DNA of 64,000 nucleotides from Lama guanicoe (GCA_013239625.1 MU054220.1:4403374-4467373); one strand, 5' to 3'; counted from the stretch's first letter, positions 48,401 through 63,115 are shown. The notes: a model not told the origin generated them from the letters alone. Translations and numbers: made by a program.

Positions 48401-49356
48401 GCATGATCTGGTATGAGGACTGGGCTCCAAACAAAAGTGAAAGACCACTGGTCTGGCTCTCAGGAGGTTTTGGGTCTGGCTTTGCTCCCCACTCAAGGAG
48501 GGAAGTTGCTTCTTGTCTGGGAACTGCACCTTCTCCACCTCTTTAGTGAGGAACGGAGGACTCGGAGACCTATATAAGGCGTCTTCCAGGTCCCAGGTTC
48601 GTGTCCTTCCCGTCAGAGAGCCCTGTTTCCCATGGAAGGAGGGTGGGTGGGAGGCAGTGCCACACTGGAGGCAAGACCAGAGGCTTTGGAGCTGGGCTGA
48701 TCTGAGTGCAAGTCCTGTGTGACTTTGGGCAATGTACTTAACCTTCCCAGCCTCGGTTTTCCATCTGCAAAATGGGGCTACTGTTGTTACCAACCTTATC
48801 ATGTGTGTTGGGGATGAACACTGACATAATGCATACATCGTGCCCTACCAAAGGACCTGGCTACGGAGTAAACATTCAATCCGTGTGTTTAGAAAAAGAG
48901 TGTTTAGCCCATCACCAAGTGCTTATCAAGCACCTATCACATGGCCTGCTTGGTGAGACCATGTGTCCAGAGCAGTTCGCTCATGCCTGTGATTATGGCA
49001 CTGATGGTGCCCACTGGCTCCTGGGTGCCCCATGCATTTGTATCACCACATCCCTCAGAGGAGGGAAGGTGGAAGCCAGTAGAGTCATCACTGACTCTGG
49101 GTGGAGGGTACTGAGGACAAAGCGATACAATGACTTGCCTGTGATTTTTTGGGGTTGGAGCAGGAGCCCAAGTCAGGGAAGTGCTCTGGAGGCCCAGGCC
49201 CCCACCTTTCCTTCCACCGAGGTGTCTCTCCACAGTGCCTCCCACTGTACCATAGGACCCCTCCAGGAGGGTCCTCCTAGCCACCTGCCCCAGGGGCCAC
49301 CCAAAGATGCAGTCTGGGCTTTCAGAGTAAGTCTCTACCAGGAGCTGCCCTGTGGT

Positions 49357-49872
49357 CACCAGCCTCCAAGATGTCCCACAATGATTCCACTTCCTGGCAG
49401 TCACACCTTTCTGTGGTCCCCTCCCACACTGTATGTGTGACCAATAGAATATGGCAGAAATGATGGCATGTCACTTCTGAGATTAGGTTATCAAAGACTG
49501 TGGCTTCTATCTTGTGTTTCTCTCTCTGCTCATCATCTTGGGGGAAGCCAGGTGACATGTCATAATGACATTCAGGCAGTCTATGGCCCACATAGGGAGG
49601 AACTGGGGTCTCTGGCTAAGAGCCATTGAGGACTCAAGGCCTCCAATGTCTATACAATGAGCCTGGAGGTGGATTCCCCCAAGTCTAGCCTTCAGATGAT
49701 GGCAGCCCCTGCCCACAACTTGATAGTAGCCTCCTGAGAAATCCTGAACCAGCATCACCTGCTAAGCCAGTCCTGAAACCCTGATCTTTAGAAACTGTGA
49801 GATATTAAATGCTTGTTATCTTAAGATACAGTTTGGGGATATTTTGTTTCACAGCAATAGCTAACTATTACA
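49357..49872 (+). mobile_element. MLT1-family solo LTR
   Basis: Same family phrases as 1745-2242 (gtcacttctgagattaggtta, ggggaagcca, ccttcagatga); ends cagcaatagctaactattaca. Confidence 0.8.
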
Positions 49873-50399
49873 TGTCCCCTCCCCAACCAGCACGCATAGG
49901 GTCAAAGCAAAAAGGGTACTTTTCTGCTGTCTCCCCCTCAGCAAGGTATTAAATTCTTTGGGCCTCAGTTTCCTCAGCAGTAAAAATGCTGACAGAGAGG
50001 CCTTCTTCTTCAGGTTGATATGAAGACCTACAGAGGTGAGTTCGGAGCCAGGGGTGGTTCATAGGCTCTGAACAGCTACAGGCTGTAAAAACTTACATCC
50101 AGCTGTTACTGACCGAGATGGATCATTCGCTTTTGACATCCAAGTCTTGTTGCAATCAAGGTGGACCAGGCGGTCCTGTGACTTCACTTTGGGTTTTGCT
50201 TTTTAAAATTAAACTGGGTTTGGTGGTGGTGGTGGTGGTTCTAGAATCACTGTGCTCATAATATAAAATTAAAACAGCTCAAAAATTATGAAATGAAAAG
50301 CCAGTGTTTTCCTTTACTCTCCACTCCAAACTCTGTCCCACTCATGGAGTTAACCATTATGAAGTCTTAACATATGTTCTTTTACATAAATGTCCTATG

Positions 50400-51120
50400 C
50401 CTACACAAGCATATTAGTTTGTTTGCGTCTGTTTTTAACCCCAAAGTGACAGTAATATGCACACTGTTTTTAACTTTGCTTTTTTACAGTGTATCCTGAA
50501 CTTCTTTTCTTAATGAAGCATGTGGCCCTACCTTACTCGCTTTCCTTCAATCATCTAACAATTATTTACTGAGCACCTACTATGTCTCAGCCTCTGTTCA
50601 TTTACCACATACATAGTCAATGTTCCCTCTGCTCCAGGCACCATTCTAACCTAAGGTTTCTGAATCTCTGCATTATTGACATTTGGGGCCAGATAATTCT
50701 TTGTTGCTGAGAGGAGATGAGCTCAATAATAGACAATGAGAAGCAACATTCTTAAGTTGGGGAGAACCAAGAGTATGATATGGAGAAAGCCATCTTGCAG
50801 CTTCCTAATATTCCATAGTATGGCTGCACAATATATTAGGCCATTTTCCTATTGTTAGACATTTCATTGTTCTGATTTTTTGCTAGCATAAATAATACTG
50901 CAGTGGACATCTTTATATATTCATCTCTGCATGCAAGTTCAAGTATATCCACAGTATAGAGTCCTAGAAGGGAATTTGCCACCATCAAAGATACATGTCT
51001 TTAAATTTTTGACAGACATTGGTAAATTGCCCTGTAAAAATGTTGATCAAATTTATATTCCCAAAAAGACTTTCTAAGAGAGCCTGTTTCTCCACATTTA
51101 GCCAGCACCAGGTCTTTTTG
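50400..51120 (-). mobile_element. Ancient L1 (L1ME-like) fragments with small nested repeats
   Basis: aataatactgcagtggacatcttt...tcctagaagggaatttg...ccacatttagccagcac. Confidence 0.6.
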
Positions 51121-54100
51121 TAAGGCTGAGCACAAAGGAGGTATAAAGGATAGGGAGAATCAAACACCAGCCCCACTAACCACTGCCTGGACCATCATCT
51201 CCTTGCAGGAGCCCACAGGATCATCCAAGAGAAGACTTCGGTAAGTTGAAGAGAGAAAGGCCGTAAGGGAGACCCTTACCTTTTCTCCTGCATCCTCTCA
51301 TAGCATCAGCACCAGGGTAATAATTTCCTCACATTTGCACTCATTACACAAATATTTAGGTTTCTACTTAGTATAACGGTCTAGGGCTCTCAGTTGGATG
51401 TATTTGTATCTTAATAGGTACTGAGACAGAATCTTCAGCCTTCCTCTGTTTACACTTCCCAGGGAATACTCTTTTAACCTCACAAACACACATACACCCA
51501 GGGTTTGTGAGGGTCTCCACCTCCCACATGTGGGCTCTGAACAGGCCAGTATGTCCCTCTGAATGGACAGTCTTGAATTACTGCTGCAGAATCTGTTTTG
51601 TGGGGGGGAAGAAAATCTGATTTCAAGCATGTAAAAATTTATTTACCCCTTTTTATGTTTAAAACTCATTTCTTCACTTAGCTATTCTTTCAACAAATAT
51701 TTATTGATCACTTTCCATGGCTAAGGATAAGGAGAGATCGAGGGTGAGCGTAAGGAAAGAGCTAACTTATATGGGTATGTTTACAAAATCTTGGTCAAAA
51801 CACGTTTCAAACTCCTATCTCACGCTGTGCTAAGTGCAGGGGACAGAATGATGAGGAAAAACAGATTCAGTCCCTGCACTCAAGGATGCTGGGATGAAGT
51901 GGGGGAGGCAGTCATTCCTTAAACAAGCTCAGTAATAAATCCACAGTTAGGACCACAATAAGCGCTATGAAGAAGCGCCAGCGTCAGAGCCGGCGACGGG
52001 GGATTTGGCCTAGTTGATGGGGGATGGGTAGGGGGAGGCAGCCGCAAAGAAGCCGGTTGAGCAGATGTCCAGGCAAGAGGTGAAGGCAGCAGGGACTAAA
52101 CAGGCAGCAGGGGAGATGAGGAGATGTGAACCTGTCTGAGAGATCCTTAGGAGGTCAAATCACAGAGGGGCAAGACAGGGAGGTGGAGGGGATTCCTGTA
52201 TTCCTTTCTCCAAAGGGTGGAAGGATTGGAAGAGCCCCAGATTACAGGCCCTGGGGGCAACACAATATTTTGACTTATTTGGATTTTTATTTCCCAGTTT
52301 TTCCATCACGCAATTTACCCAACTTGAGTCACTCACTGACTAAGGCTAGAGGTAACTTACATGGACATGTTTACAGATTCTTGTTAAAAATGCAGCGCAA
52401 ACTCCTCAATCCTGGCTTTCCTGTCAGCAAAACCTCCCTCAGTTGTTCGTACCTATTGTTCCCTCTTCTTTTTGTCCGGTTTGTTTTTGCCATTTTCTAG
52501 CCTAGATCACTTCTCAGGTCACATGGAAAGGGTTCTGGGTTTAGATAACAAATTAAATCCATTGCTCCTAGCTTTCATCACCATTTCATTTTGGACTCCG
52601 TGGAATCGATGACTCCAGAGCACCATCAGCGTGTGGCTTGTGACCTGCCAGCAAGTTACACGTGAACACAGGAGAACCACGCAGCAGAGAGCTCAAGAGA
52701 GAAGGGAGATTCTTCTTTTCACATTATCCACTTACATGTGAGAGGGGTTGATGTAAACTTTGCCAGTCATATAATAAGTCCCCTCCAAAAAATTTGAGCT
52801 AACTACGTCCACTCTACTTCGGGGACATTCATCCCTGTATCTCCAGCTCCCAGAGAAGTGCCTGCACATATTAAGTGATCAGCAAATATCTGTTGAATGA
52901 ATGAACCAGAGGATGTTTTGTTATCTCTCGTTTACCTATCAGTCCCCTTGGTCTGGTTCTTCCATCACCAAACAGCTGGAAGCAGGCAGCTCTGTCTCAT
53001 ATTAAGCATCACTTAGTAAGATAGATTTTCATGACCCGGAAAGACAGAGAAAATTGAGAGCTGAGAGCTGGTGAAAGTGACCCGTCCATGTAGAGTAACA
53101 GGGATGTCTTATTTGTGAGCAACCAGAGTCCCTTGATTCCAAGATGCATAATTTATTCACATTTTAATAGTCAGGATATCTGACTAGGCCACCTAGTTGA
53201 TACGACACAAAAAAGGCAGCACTTTTTTTTTTAATCCCCCCAAAGAGCTAGGATAAAGTCAATGGTTTATCTTACAATTGACAGAAATAGATTAGTAGAT
53301 TCGCTTTTAAAACACCATCCCATCACTCAGCCCATTTCAGCACATCAACCCTACAAGACATTTTGGCCCTCCACTGGGGATGCGGCACACTGGCCTTAGT
53401 GGTCAGCTCTGTTGTCTGCTCCCTTGACCACTCATGCACCCCGCACTGGCCCAGTGGCTTTTGTCTCCAACAGTTTTCCCTCTTGGCTGCACCAGAGTGT
53501 TAAAAACAAGGGCTCTTTGGGCCTTTGACCTAGACATTGGCGGGTCCGCGCTCCCCACAGCAGCCCTGGACTCCAGCCCTGATTGCCCACCAGGGGCTCC
53601 TGGAGAGGGGCTTGGCCTCAGAACTCACTGGGATGCAGTTTCATGTGCACTGTCCCCAGGAGGCGCCTGAGTTCCCCTAGACCTCAGAAGGCTGTAGAAC
53701 AAGGGAAGGGAGTGGGTAATCTCACCAAGGAAGAAGGCATTCATGACAGTGTTAAGACGCAAGGGTAGTTTGCAGGCACCCAAGGTCAGCCCCCTTCCTT
53801 CATCTCCCTAAGCACCTAAAGCTTCCCCTGAAGCCCAGGTGTACATTTTCCCTCAGCATCAAACATAACCCTGCTGACGGCGGGACCACATGGCTCAGTC
53901 TCTAAGTGGTATTGGGTTCAAATGGCACAATTCAATGGTTCACAATTAACTTAATAGTTTTTTTTTAAACTCACATTTCTTAAAGGGTGCTTGAGAGGAA
54001 CCGACTCATCAGCTCTGCATAACACTTTTACTGCAGTTTTGTCTTCCCCCAATTTTGTTTCACACCTTGATTCTCTGGCACTCCCCTCCTGGCTCCCCTC

Positions 54101-54301
54101 ATCCTTCTCCTCCAAGTCCTAGCCTAGACCCAGGTATGAGGAGACCCTCTTGTGTGGGTGGGGAAGGGGAGAAACGTCAGAATCCTCCCCAGCAGCTGGG
54201 GGAGCAAAGGCCTGGGGACACTGAGACCGCGTCACTCTGGTCCTCTTCAGTAACAATAGAAACTTGTATTTATTGGAGCAGCAGGCACTGTGCTTAATTT
54301 T

Positions 54302-54487
54302 TTTTCTCTTTTTTAAATAGTTTTTTTAAATTGAAGTATAGTCAGTTTACAGGGTTGTGTTAACTTCTGGTGCACAGCATAATGTTTCAGTTATACATAT
54401 GTACTCCTTTTCATATTCCTTTTCATTACAGGTTATTACAGGATATTGACTCTAGTTCCCTGTGCTAGACAGTAGGACATTTTTGTT
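54302..54487 (-). mobile_element. 5'-truncated L1 3' end with 17-bp TSD
   Basis: TSD gcactgtgcttaatttt (54285-54301) / gcattgtgcttaatttt (54488-54504). Same family as 28262-28472. Confidence 0.85.
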
Positions 54488-57400
54488 GCATTGTGCTTAA
54501 TTTTAATAACACGACAGCAATCATAATAAAAGCTAACATTTCTTTGGTGAGCATGTGGGCTCTGGAGCCAAACCCTATGGCTTTGAATCCTGGCCCTGAC
54601 ACTTTTAAGCCATGTGACCTTGGACCTCAGTTTCCTCATCTGTAAATGGGGGCTGATACTAGCACCTATTTCTGGAGTTGTTAGGAACATGGAACTCGCT
54701 GATACAGATCCCTGGGAGGTGTCCTACAGTGTGACCAGGTGCTTCAGATCATTTAAAGCAGCAAAACTAAGAGACAGGTGCTATACCACTAGCGTACCCA
54801 GTGGCCCAAAAAAGCTAAATAACTTGCGCAGGTGGACAGAGGTCACATGTGGGAGGTCTACACTTACAACTCATGCGGCTAGCCCTGAGCCCACCTGCCC
54901 AATGCCTGCACTCACTGTCTCAACAAACTTCCTGTTTACCGATGAGAAAAACAAGGCCTCGATGGGTTCTGCTCATCGCAGTGACAGAGTAAGGATGGTC
55001 CCCATGGTGCTGATCAGGTCCCCTGACACTGCTCTCTGCCCTGATGGCTCCAGGAGGTCCCCGAGAGGTGAGCTGCCCACTGACCAGAGCATGAACAGAG
55101 CTCTGCAGTCCTGGCCCCACCCCTGGGCCATGCTGCCTGTAGCTACTGTGCCGCCTCTTAGCTTTGTGCAGGGAGGAAGGGACTCATTCCCACCACGGTC
55201 AGGGTCCCCAGCCCCATCACCACCAAAAGCAGTCACTGAGCATCTGCTTACGGCCTGGAGTAAATGGCAGCTGCAGAGGATGAATCATCCTGAGTGTGAG
55301 AAGCATCTGGGAGGTGCTCTTTGGGCACTGAAGCATTAGCATGTCCAGGTTGATGAGGACAATGAGACAGAAGCCTGGAAACTGGACTGCAGAATCAGCC
55401 AACATATCCTCCTCCAGGCTAGACTGGTGCCCCATGTACCCAGTGCTGGGTGGATGCTGTCCATGCAAGAACCTTCTTCCTACACTCAGGTGCCTGACCC
55501 GCCTTGAGGGAGAACTGAACCCTGTGCACTGTTTCCAGAAGTCGAGACAGATTTCACTGCACCCTCCAAACTCACGCCCACATCGTCTTGTGACCAAAGG
55601 AATAAAGATGAGTGTGCACAGAAGGCCTACTGTGCACCAGCTCTGGGCTTGATCACTCCATCCTGCTATTGTTTCATTGAATCCTCACCACAAACTGGCA
55701 AGGCACACATTGTTATCCACATTTATCAGAAGACAAACCTGAGGCTCAGAGAGGTTGAGTGCCTAGCCCAAGGTCACATAGCTCCTGCATGGCAGAGGCA
55801 CGGTTCAGGTGCTGTGTTTCCCATTACACTCAAGTGCCCTTTCTTGAACTGAATCCAAGGCTTTGTCTCTATAAAGAAACAAGGAGTTGGTTTGAGGGAC
55901 CAGCTTCATCTGGGACAGAAAAGAGGACCTAGGTGGCCCCCCAACTGCACAGCTGCCTGGAAGTCTGTTTCTAAGGGAGATCTTGAAGCCCCAGCTTTTG
56001 CCCAGGCACTCCCCAGAAGCAGTGGCTCCAACTCCATATCCAAAAGGGGCATCTGGGACATCTCGGGCCTTCGGGCCTCTTTCTGGTCCAGGCTATGGCA
56101 TGTCTGGCTGGGAGAGGGGCCTGGAGCCAGGGGCTGCTTCTCTCAAACTGATTTCCAGTAAAACTCAGTCCCCAGGGAGCCATCCATCTGAGGGAGAAGA
56201 AGCCTGTGACACTCTGGGGCGGCCCCAGGCGGATCTGGCAAAACCCAGAGCAGGCCCGAGGCAGTCTGCCCTGCAGCTCCCTGCCTCGAGGGGCTGCCAG
56301 GTGGCATCGACTCTGTCCTTGTATGGGCAAAACTGTCCTGGAAAGCCTGGCTTTGGAGTCGGCTTTGTCTCTATTTTGGGCCCTGGGGTAGTGTCGTTTC
56401 TCCCCTCAGCTCTCATTGGCTCAAATATCAGCCAGGCCTACCAGAACCCTGGATGAAGCCTGGGGGTGGGGTGGGGCACTGTGGGGTTTAGCTTGAGTCC
56501 CCAGCCCCAGGGAGGAGGAGATCACTAAAAATGATAATAACAATAATAGCAACAACTAGCTATTATTTCCACCAACATCGTACTTTCCATGCACTGTCTC
56601 TTTAAGACCTTAAAGAGGTGGGCAACACCAGTATCCATTTACCAAGGGCCTTCTAGGAGTCAGGTAACTTGCCCAAGGTCACACAGTCAGCTCAGGCTGC
56701 AAAGCCAGGCACACTGACTCTCAGCCCCTCCCATGAGCCACATCCAGCTGGCAGCCAGAGTTGGAAGGGGCCTCTGCCTACCTGCATTCAAGGCAAATCC
56801 TCTCTCCCCGACAAGGAAGCCTGGGCCTCCCGTGCTGCACTTTGGTGGCAGGTCCAGGCCTAGATCACCCAGACTCCAAGGGCAGAGTTCTGCCCCTTCC
56901 TCTGAGCACCCTGTCTCTACGGGTCTAGTCAGGTCCTGGCTCTGTACATCCCTCCTGAGCCTGGTCCAGTCCTAGGATCTGGGAGAGACAGTCTGTACAG
57001 AAAAAGGCTGGAGACTTTCTGGGCAGTCAGGGGAGGGGGGTGGGGGTGGGGGCACCTGGGTGAGGATGGGGTTGGGGGAACACTGCAAACTTGGGCCCAA
57101 GGGCCTGCCCTCCCCTGCACTTTAGCATTTGGGCAGAGTGCTTGCACTGTAAATCTTTGGAATCCAATAGACCTGGGTCTAAATCCAGCTTCTGCCACTT
57201 AGCAGCTGTTTGGCCAGGGGCAAAATCTTCAACCCCTCTGAACTTTGGTTTCTCCATCTGTAAAATGGGGTTAATGGATCTGTTTGCTGTCTCTTCTAGT
57301 AGGTTGAGAGGATTAGATAGAGTGTGACCATGTGCCTGGAAATGGTGGTCGGGGTGGATGGGTTCTGGGGACACGTTAAAACTGGGAATGTCCCCGGGGA

Positions 57401-60400
57401 AATCAGGATGAATTGGTCACTAGTGAAATCTAGTTGGCAAAGCACGGAGCACAGACCCTGGCCGAGAACACACTCAATACACAAAAACTGTTTTTGCATT
57501 AACAGGTCCACTCCTAAGCTGCGGCTCCCTCCATCAGCCAGGCCTCATCACAGGGGATCTGCCTTCCGAGCCCGCAAACTCAGGAGCAGAACAAAGCCCG
57601 GTGCTGCCCTCAGGGCCCCCCTCCTTGCAATGCAACCCCTTTGTCCTCAGAACCCTCCCCTCCCCCGCCCGAGGCAGGCTGGGTGCCAGCAGTAATTACA
57701 GAATCACTTATTCACAGAAGCCTGCACGTGCAGCCCCTGATCAGCGGTAATTAGGCAGCTAAGGGGGTTTGAAAGCCCATCAGCCAATGTGGGGAGGGGG
57801 TGCTGAATGGGACAATCAGCCTCACCAGGCGGGGAGCTGGGGGCAGGGAAAGATTGGGAGTCTTGGGGAGGCAGCCATTGAAACAGCTACCCCCACCCCC
57901 TCTCCAGCTGTCGTGTACAATGGAGGGCTGGGGGTGCGCTTGCTGGGAAGTGAAAAGCACAGGGCAGACTGGCACAGGGGAGAAGCGGTGGGCGAGCAGG
58001 GAAGGGTCTTTGAAGACAAGGCCACCCTCATCACCACGAGATGCCCCTATAAAATAGATCTCCTGAGAGTATCCAAACGTCCTTTGTTAGGGGTCCACCT
58101 TGTTGAAGTCGGTATCCTCTCCCTGTTGAAAAGGTGCATCATCATTAGGAGAAAGAACTTCTCTAAAGCAGTGCTTCTCCAACTGTAGAGCGCTTGCAAA
58201 TTACCAGAGTTCTTGCTAAAATGTAGATTCTGGTTTGGGGGTCCAGGAAGGGGCCTGAAATGCTGCATTTCTAACCAGCTCCCACATGCTGCCAATGCCC
58301 TTGATTTGGACCACACTTTGAAGAGCGAGATTCCAATACATCTCAGGGGATGGGATCAGGTGAAGGGAGGGGAAGACCCTGGGGTCATTTCCCTGCTCTG
58401 TAACATTGGGCAAGCCCCCTCTGTTCCCAGAGCCTCATTATTCTAACGAAGAAGAGGGACATCATTCCTGCATCACAGGTCTGTGCTGAGAATGAACAGG
58501 AAAACAGCTGTGAGCACTCCCTGGTGAGTGGCAGGATGGCTTTTACTAGGAGGGGGCAGGACCTCAGCTTGGCCCAGAAAGCCCTGGGTGGCGGTAGGGA
58601 TCAGCCTATGCTTGAAGTCCAGAACAGGCTGGCAAAACTGCTTCGTTCACCACTTAATCTTGCGGTTCATGGTTGGCTAGGGGGGTGCCGAGGGAGGCAC
58701 ATGGATGGCCAGATACCAAGAAAAAGAGCTTGGCCCAGAACAACCCGAACCATGCCCCTCCTCTGATGGACTTCTGCTGTGGGTTCTCTTGGGTCCAAGT
58801 TTCTGTGCACTTGCCTTGAGCTGCCTGGGACACTCCTTCCTGCACTTGACTCACTCCTGAGAACTCCTGGCTTTAGTTTGGCTCTCCTGCCTGCAGCTTA
58901 GCCCCATCTCTGGTCCTCAGCACCAATGAGAACCAGAGGTTGCAGGGAGCTAGGCAGTCTTTGCTCAAGATCCTGAGTGGCTGGTTCTGGAGACCCTGAT
59001 TCAAGCCTCTCCCAGGAACCCTCACCTTTTTCTCTCCAGAAGGGAGGAGCTCCCTGCTGCAGGCTGAGGGCCTGGGGTGAGGTTCTTCCAGGGTGAGACA
59101 CCCACCATCTCCTGGTTAAAAAGTACCCCCGGCAGAGCCCAGACCCGCAGCCCACAGGCAGCAGTCAGGGTCAGAGCTCCTGGAAACCTCCTGAGCTGCC
59201 TCTCTGCCACAGACCTGAAGGGCAGTTGGAAAATCAGCAGGGAGAAGCTGGCAATGCCTGAAAAGGCCCTGAGAAGTTCCTTCTTCACTGAAACCCAGAA
59301 CATCATGCTGTATTGTAATTTTTCTCTTTCTTTCTCACTCTTTTTAAAAGCAGGTTTTTAGTCCCTGAATTACTTTTCTGCAAAACGTAATAACCTTCCA
59401 CATTAAAAAAATGTTTATTATGAAATAATTCACATGAACCAGAAGGTATGACCTGTGCACACAACCTAGCTTAAGCAATAAAACATCACCAATGCAGCTG
59501 CGGCCTCCTGACACCTCTACAGGGCTGCAGCTTCTCCTTCATGGCTCCCAGTGGGACCATATCTCATCCTATCCAGACCCTCCAGCCCTCAGGATGGCCA
59601 AAGCAACCATGCCCTTTTTTGGAGTAGCTCCTCCACCAGGTGCCTTTTGCATATTATCTCATTTAATCTCCATGACAAAAATCCCTCCAGGTAAGATGAT
59701 CATCCCCTTTTTACCAGTGAGGACTCTGAGGCTCAGAGAGGTTGAATATCTTGCCTGACGTCACACAGCATTCAGACCCACGGGAGGTAGATTCCCAAAC
59801 TGCCCTTTGCCAGATGCCAGTTAGGGCCTGGGAGAGCCCCGCCCACCCGAGTAAAGGGGCGGTGGCCCTTGGGGAGCCATCGCCTGACTAGAGCTTCCAG
59901 AGTCACAGGCAGTTCCCAAAGCCTAGTCTCTTGGGAAGTGAGTGGTAAAACCGTGGGTTGGCCCCAGGGATGACTTTGGCCCTCCCGTGTCAGGACTAGT
60001 TACAAACAAGCCAGAGAGACCCTCACGTCACAAGCTTTCCATGAAAACCATCTGGGGCTGCAACTTCTTCCAAAGAGGGAGTCATCTCTGGGGTCCTGTG
60101 TACTCTACTTGGGTGCAGGCAGGCCAAGGTGGTGGAGTGGGGGTTGGGGGGGCGGAATCTAAAAGGATGAGTCTTCAAGCCCAGAGCAGTGTGGGGAGGC
60201 TCAGCCCCAACACACTCCCACCTCTCCTGCCCTCACCAGAAAACACCCCCAGGTGGTCTGGGGCCACAGGACACAGGAGGGAGAAGAGTCTGTGTCACTT
60301 TGTCCCAGGAGCAAGGACCAAGGGGCAGGGACATAGGAGCAGGGACAACTGCTTTCCCTACCTCCTTTGTCTGTAAATAAAAGAAATAAGACAAAACAAA

Positions 60401-60603
60401 GGCGATAATTGCAAACCCATTTCCTTCTCCCTGATCAGTTGCCACCAAGGCCCCTTCCCAAGCCCTCAATACTGGGAAAAGTCATTCTGGCTCTGAGAGG
60501 ACCTGTCACTGGGTTACAGTGGGGTGATGAGGTGCTGGGGGAAAAGGCCCTCAACCCCAGGGGGTGGGGGAGGGAGCCTGTGGGGTAGCAGGGCTTGGCC
60601 TCC

Positions 60604-60605
<2 letters not shown>

Positions 60606-60637
<32 letters not shown>

Positions 60638-60666
60638 ATGCTCACCCCTCCCCCCCCCCCCCCCCC
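60606..60666. repeat. (AC)15 microsatellite followed by a poly-C run
   Basis: Seen directly in sequence. Confidence 0.95.
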
Positions 60667-61441
60667 TACCCAATCTGTCCTCTTACAGCTCATATTTGTA
60701 ATTCAGCTCTGAAGGTGGGTGGGCAGGATCTCCTCCTTCCGTGAATGATACAGGATGCACAAGTGAATCTCCACGGAACAGATGGACAACCTGAGGCTAG
60801 GCTCGGCCACCAGCAGGTCACAGCAGGCCAGGCATCCATTTCCATTCTCTCCACACAGTCTCACCCCAGAATCTTATTCCCCAATTTTAATAATTTTTAT
60901 ATTTCTCCTCCATTTTTTTTAAACCTGGGGTGCCTGTTGCTGTTAGTAGCAAAAGATTGCACAGAAACAGCTGGGAAAACCCTGTGGGGAAACTTTGAAA
61001 CAAATCAGCACCCAGGGCTGGGCATCTTGCTAGGTTCCTGAGCGCAAGCACAATTTTTGGTTGTGATTTCATTTTGCATCCAGTAATGAGTATTATTCGC
61101 CAATTTTTTCTGCTGGTAAAATGGTTCGTGGTGTTCGCATGGCTCAGTATTATGTGTTTGTTTGTTTCTGTCTCCCCCACAAGACTGGGAGCTGTTGACT
61201 GCAGGCACTGTCTCTTACACGTCATTGTGACCCCGGTGCCCAGGACAGGACCTGGCACAAAACAAGTGATTAGCTAATGTTTGAATAATAATAATAATGG
61301 CTACTATATCTTGAGGAGGCAGCTTAGTTAGAGGTTGTAAGGACAAGCTGCAGAATCACACTGCCTGGGTTTGAATCCAGGCTCGATTTTCTTAAACTCT
61401 CTGTGCCTCGGCCTCTTCATCTGTGAAATGGGCTGATAGTA

Positions 61442-61592
61442 TAGTCATCCCTCAGTATCTGCAGGAGTTTGGATCCAGGTCCCCCCGCCGATATCAAAAT
61501 CTGAGGATGCTCAAGTCCCTTGTATAAAATGGTATAGTACAGTCAGGCCTTGTATCTGTGGACTCAGAACCACAGATATGGAGGGCTGGCTG
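61442..61592. mobile_element. MER2-like (Tigger) non-autonomous DNA transposon, inside a MIR
   Basis: Imperfect TIRs tagtcatccctcagtatctg / cagatatggagggctggctg and internal gatgctcaagtcccttgtataaaatgg. Confidence 0.7.
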
Positions 61593-63115
61593 TGCTTCCT
61601 TCCTAGGGTCAAGTGGAGGATTCAATGGCTGTGGCAAGCCAGTTCTAACTAGGCTTATGTTTGTACACGATGGTGAGGATTTTGAGGGGCACGTGCATTT
61701 ATTTAGTCCCCGCCCTGTGACAATTCCAGGCTAAACTGTTTATATATGTTGTCTCCTTCGACCATCACAACCCCCTGTGCAGTGAGGCCTACTGGCATCC
61801 CCTTTTCACGGATGGGGGATTTGAGGCTCACAACAGTTAAATTCCTGCAGAGCTGGGATGTAAACCAAGGTTTGCCTAACTCCAAATGCCATGCTTTTAA
61901 CCACCATGCAAAGCTGATGACGACTGGTAAGTGAGAGAGAGAGACACCACTGGGTGGTTAACTCAGCACAGAGTCCCCGCCGCTTCTCCCTTGCCTGTCC
62001 CCCCACCTTCCTTCACAGGTGCTGGAGAAGGGAGACATTCTCCCTCAAGGCAAGGCCAACAGCAGCAGCCACCAGCACTGTTGAGCCTAGGAATCAAAAT
62101 CTTCAGCTGCTAAGTCTAGCCTCCTGTGTGGGATAAAAAACACATTTGTTTTAGCCACTGTTTCTTGGGGTTCCTATGACATGCAGCCAAAAGACTTCCT
62201 GATGATCCACTGGTAACAGGTCATCTGTATCTCATTTCTTGGCTGGGTGAAGCTTAAACACATCTATCTACTTTTGATTCTTCCCCAAACCTCATTGAAA
62301 TGATAGTCAAAGGATATTCTTTAAGCCATAAAACCACAAGGATAGGGAGGACAGGAGAAGGGGAAAGGACACGAAAGTTTGCAGCTGGTAGGCAGCCAAA
62401 CAGGCTGCAGCTGACCCCCGAATGCTGGATCCTAAGCCAGCACTTGGGGAAAAGCAGAGAATTAACCTGATTGGCATGGCAGAATCCCCCAGGATCAGGA
62501 CTTGCCAGCTCCCAGGATCTCTGGGAGAAAGAGGTTCCTGAAATAACAGGGTTGGTTGGAAGTTTGTAGAAAAGCACGTGGAGTCCCAGATCCCTTTCTC
62601 ATTCCTTGCAGTTGGGCAACCATCCTCCAACCCTGCCCCTCCCACCCAACCCCACCCCAGCAGGAAATTGGAAGAATCTTCTCTGGAACTCCCACAGCCC
62701 AAAAGAAACTGACACCAGGGGTTTCCAAAAATAGTTTAGCCAGACTAGCAACATGGCGCCCTCTGTTTAGCTAAAAAAGATAAACTACAACCAAAATCCC
62801 CCTGACACCTGGGTCCCACCCCGAGAGATTCCAGTATAATGGTCTGGGATATGGCCTGGACATTGGGATTTTAAAATCTTCCCACATGAGTATAATGCGA
62901 AGCCAAGGCTGAGAACCTCTGCTGAGGACATGAGTCTCCCCTACTGAGGTCCACCTAAGCTGCCCTAGCTGAGTCCCCAGTGCAGGGGCTTCTGGAATCA
63001 TCTGGAATGAGGGCCTAAACTCTACCGTCAGTCCAAACTTCCCCGAGGGACAGAACCTGGAGCTCCACTGGAGGCCTTAAAACACCTCAGATTTAGACAC
63101 AAACTCATGATCTTC

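Noticed and set aside
48772..55339. ORFs of 222 aa (48772-49440) and 241 aa (54614-55339)
   Set aside because: Both begin in MIR sequence (the first ends in an MLT1), and I recognise no homology or exon structure.
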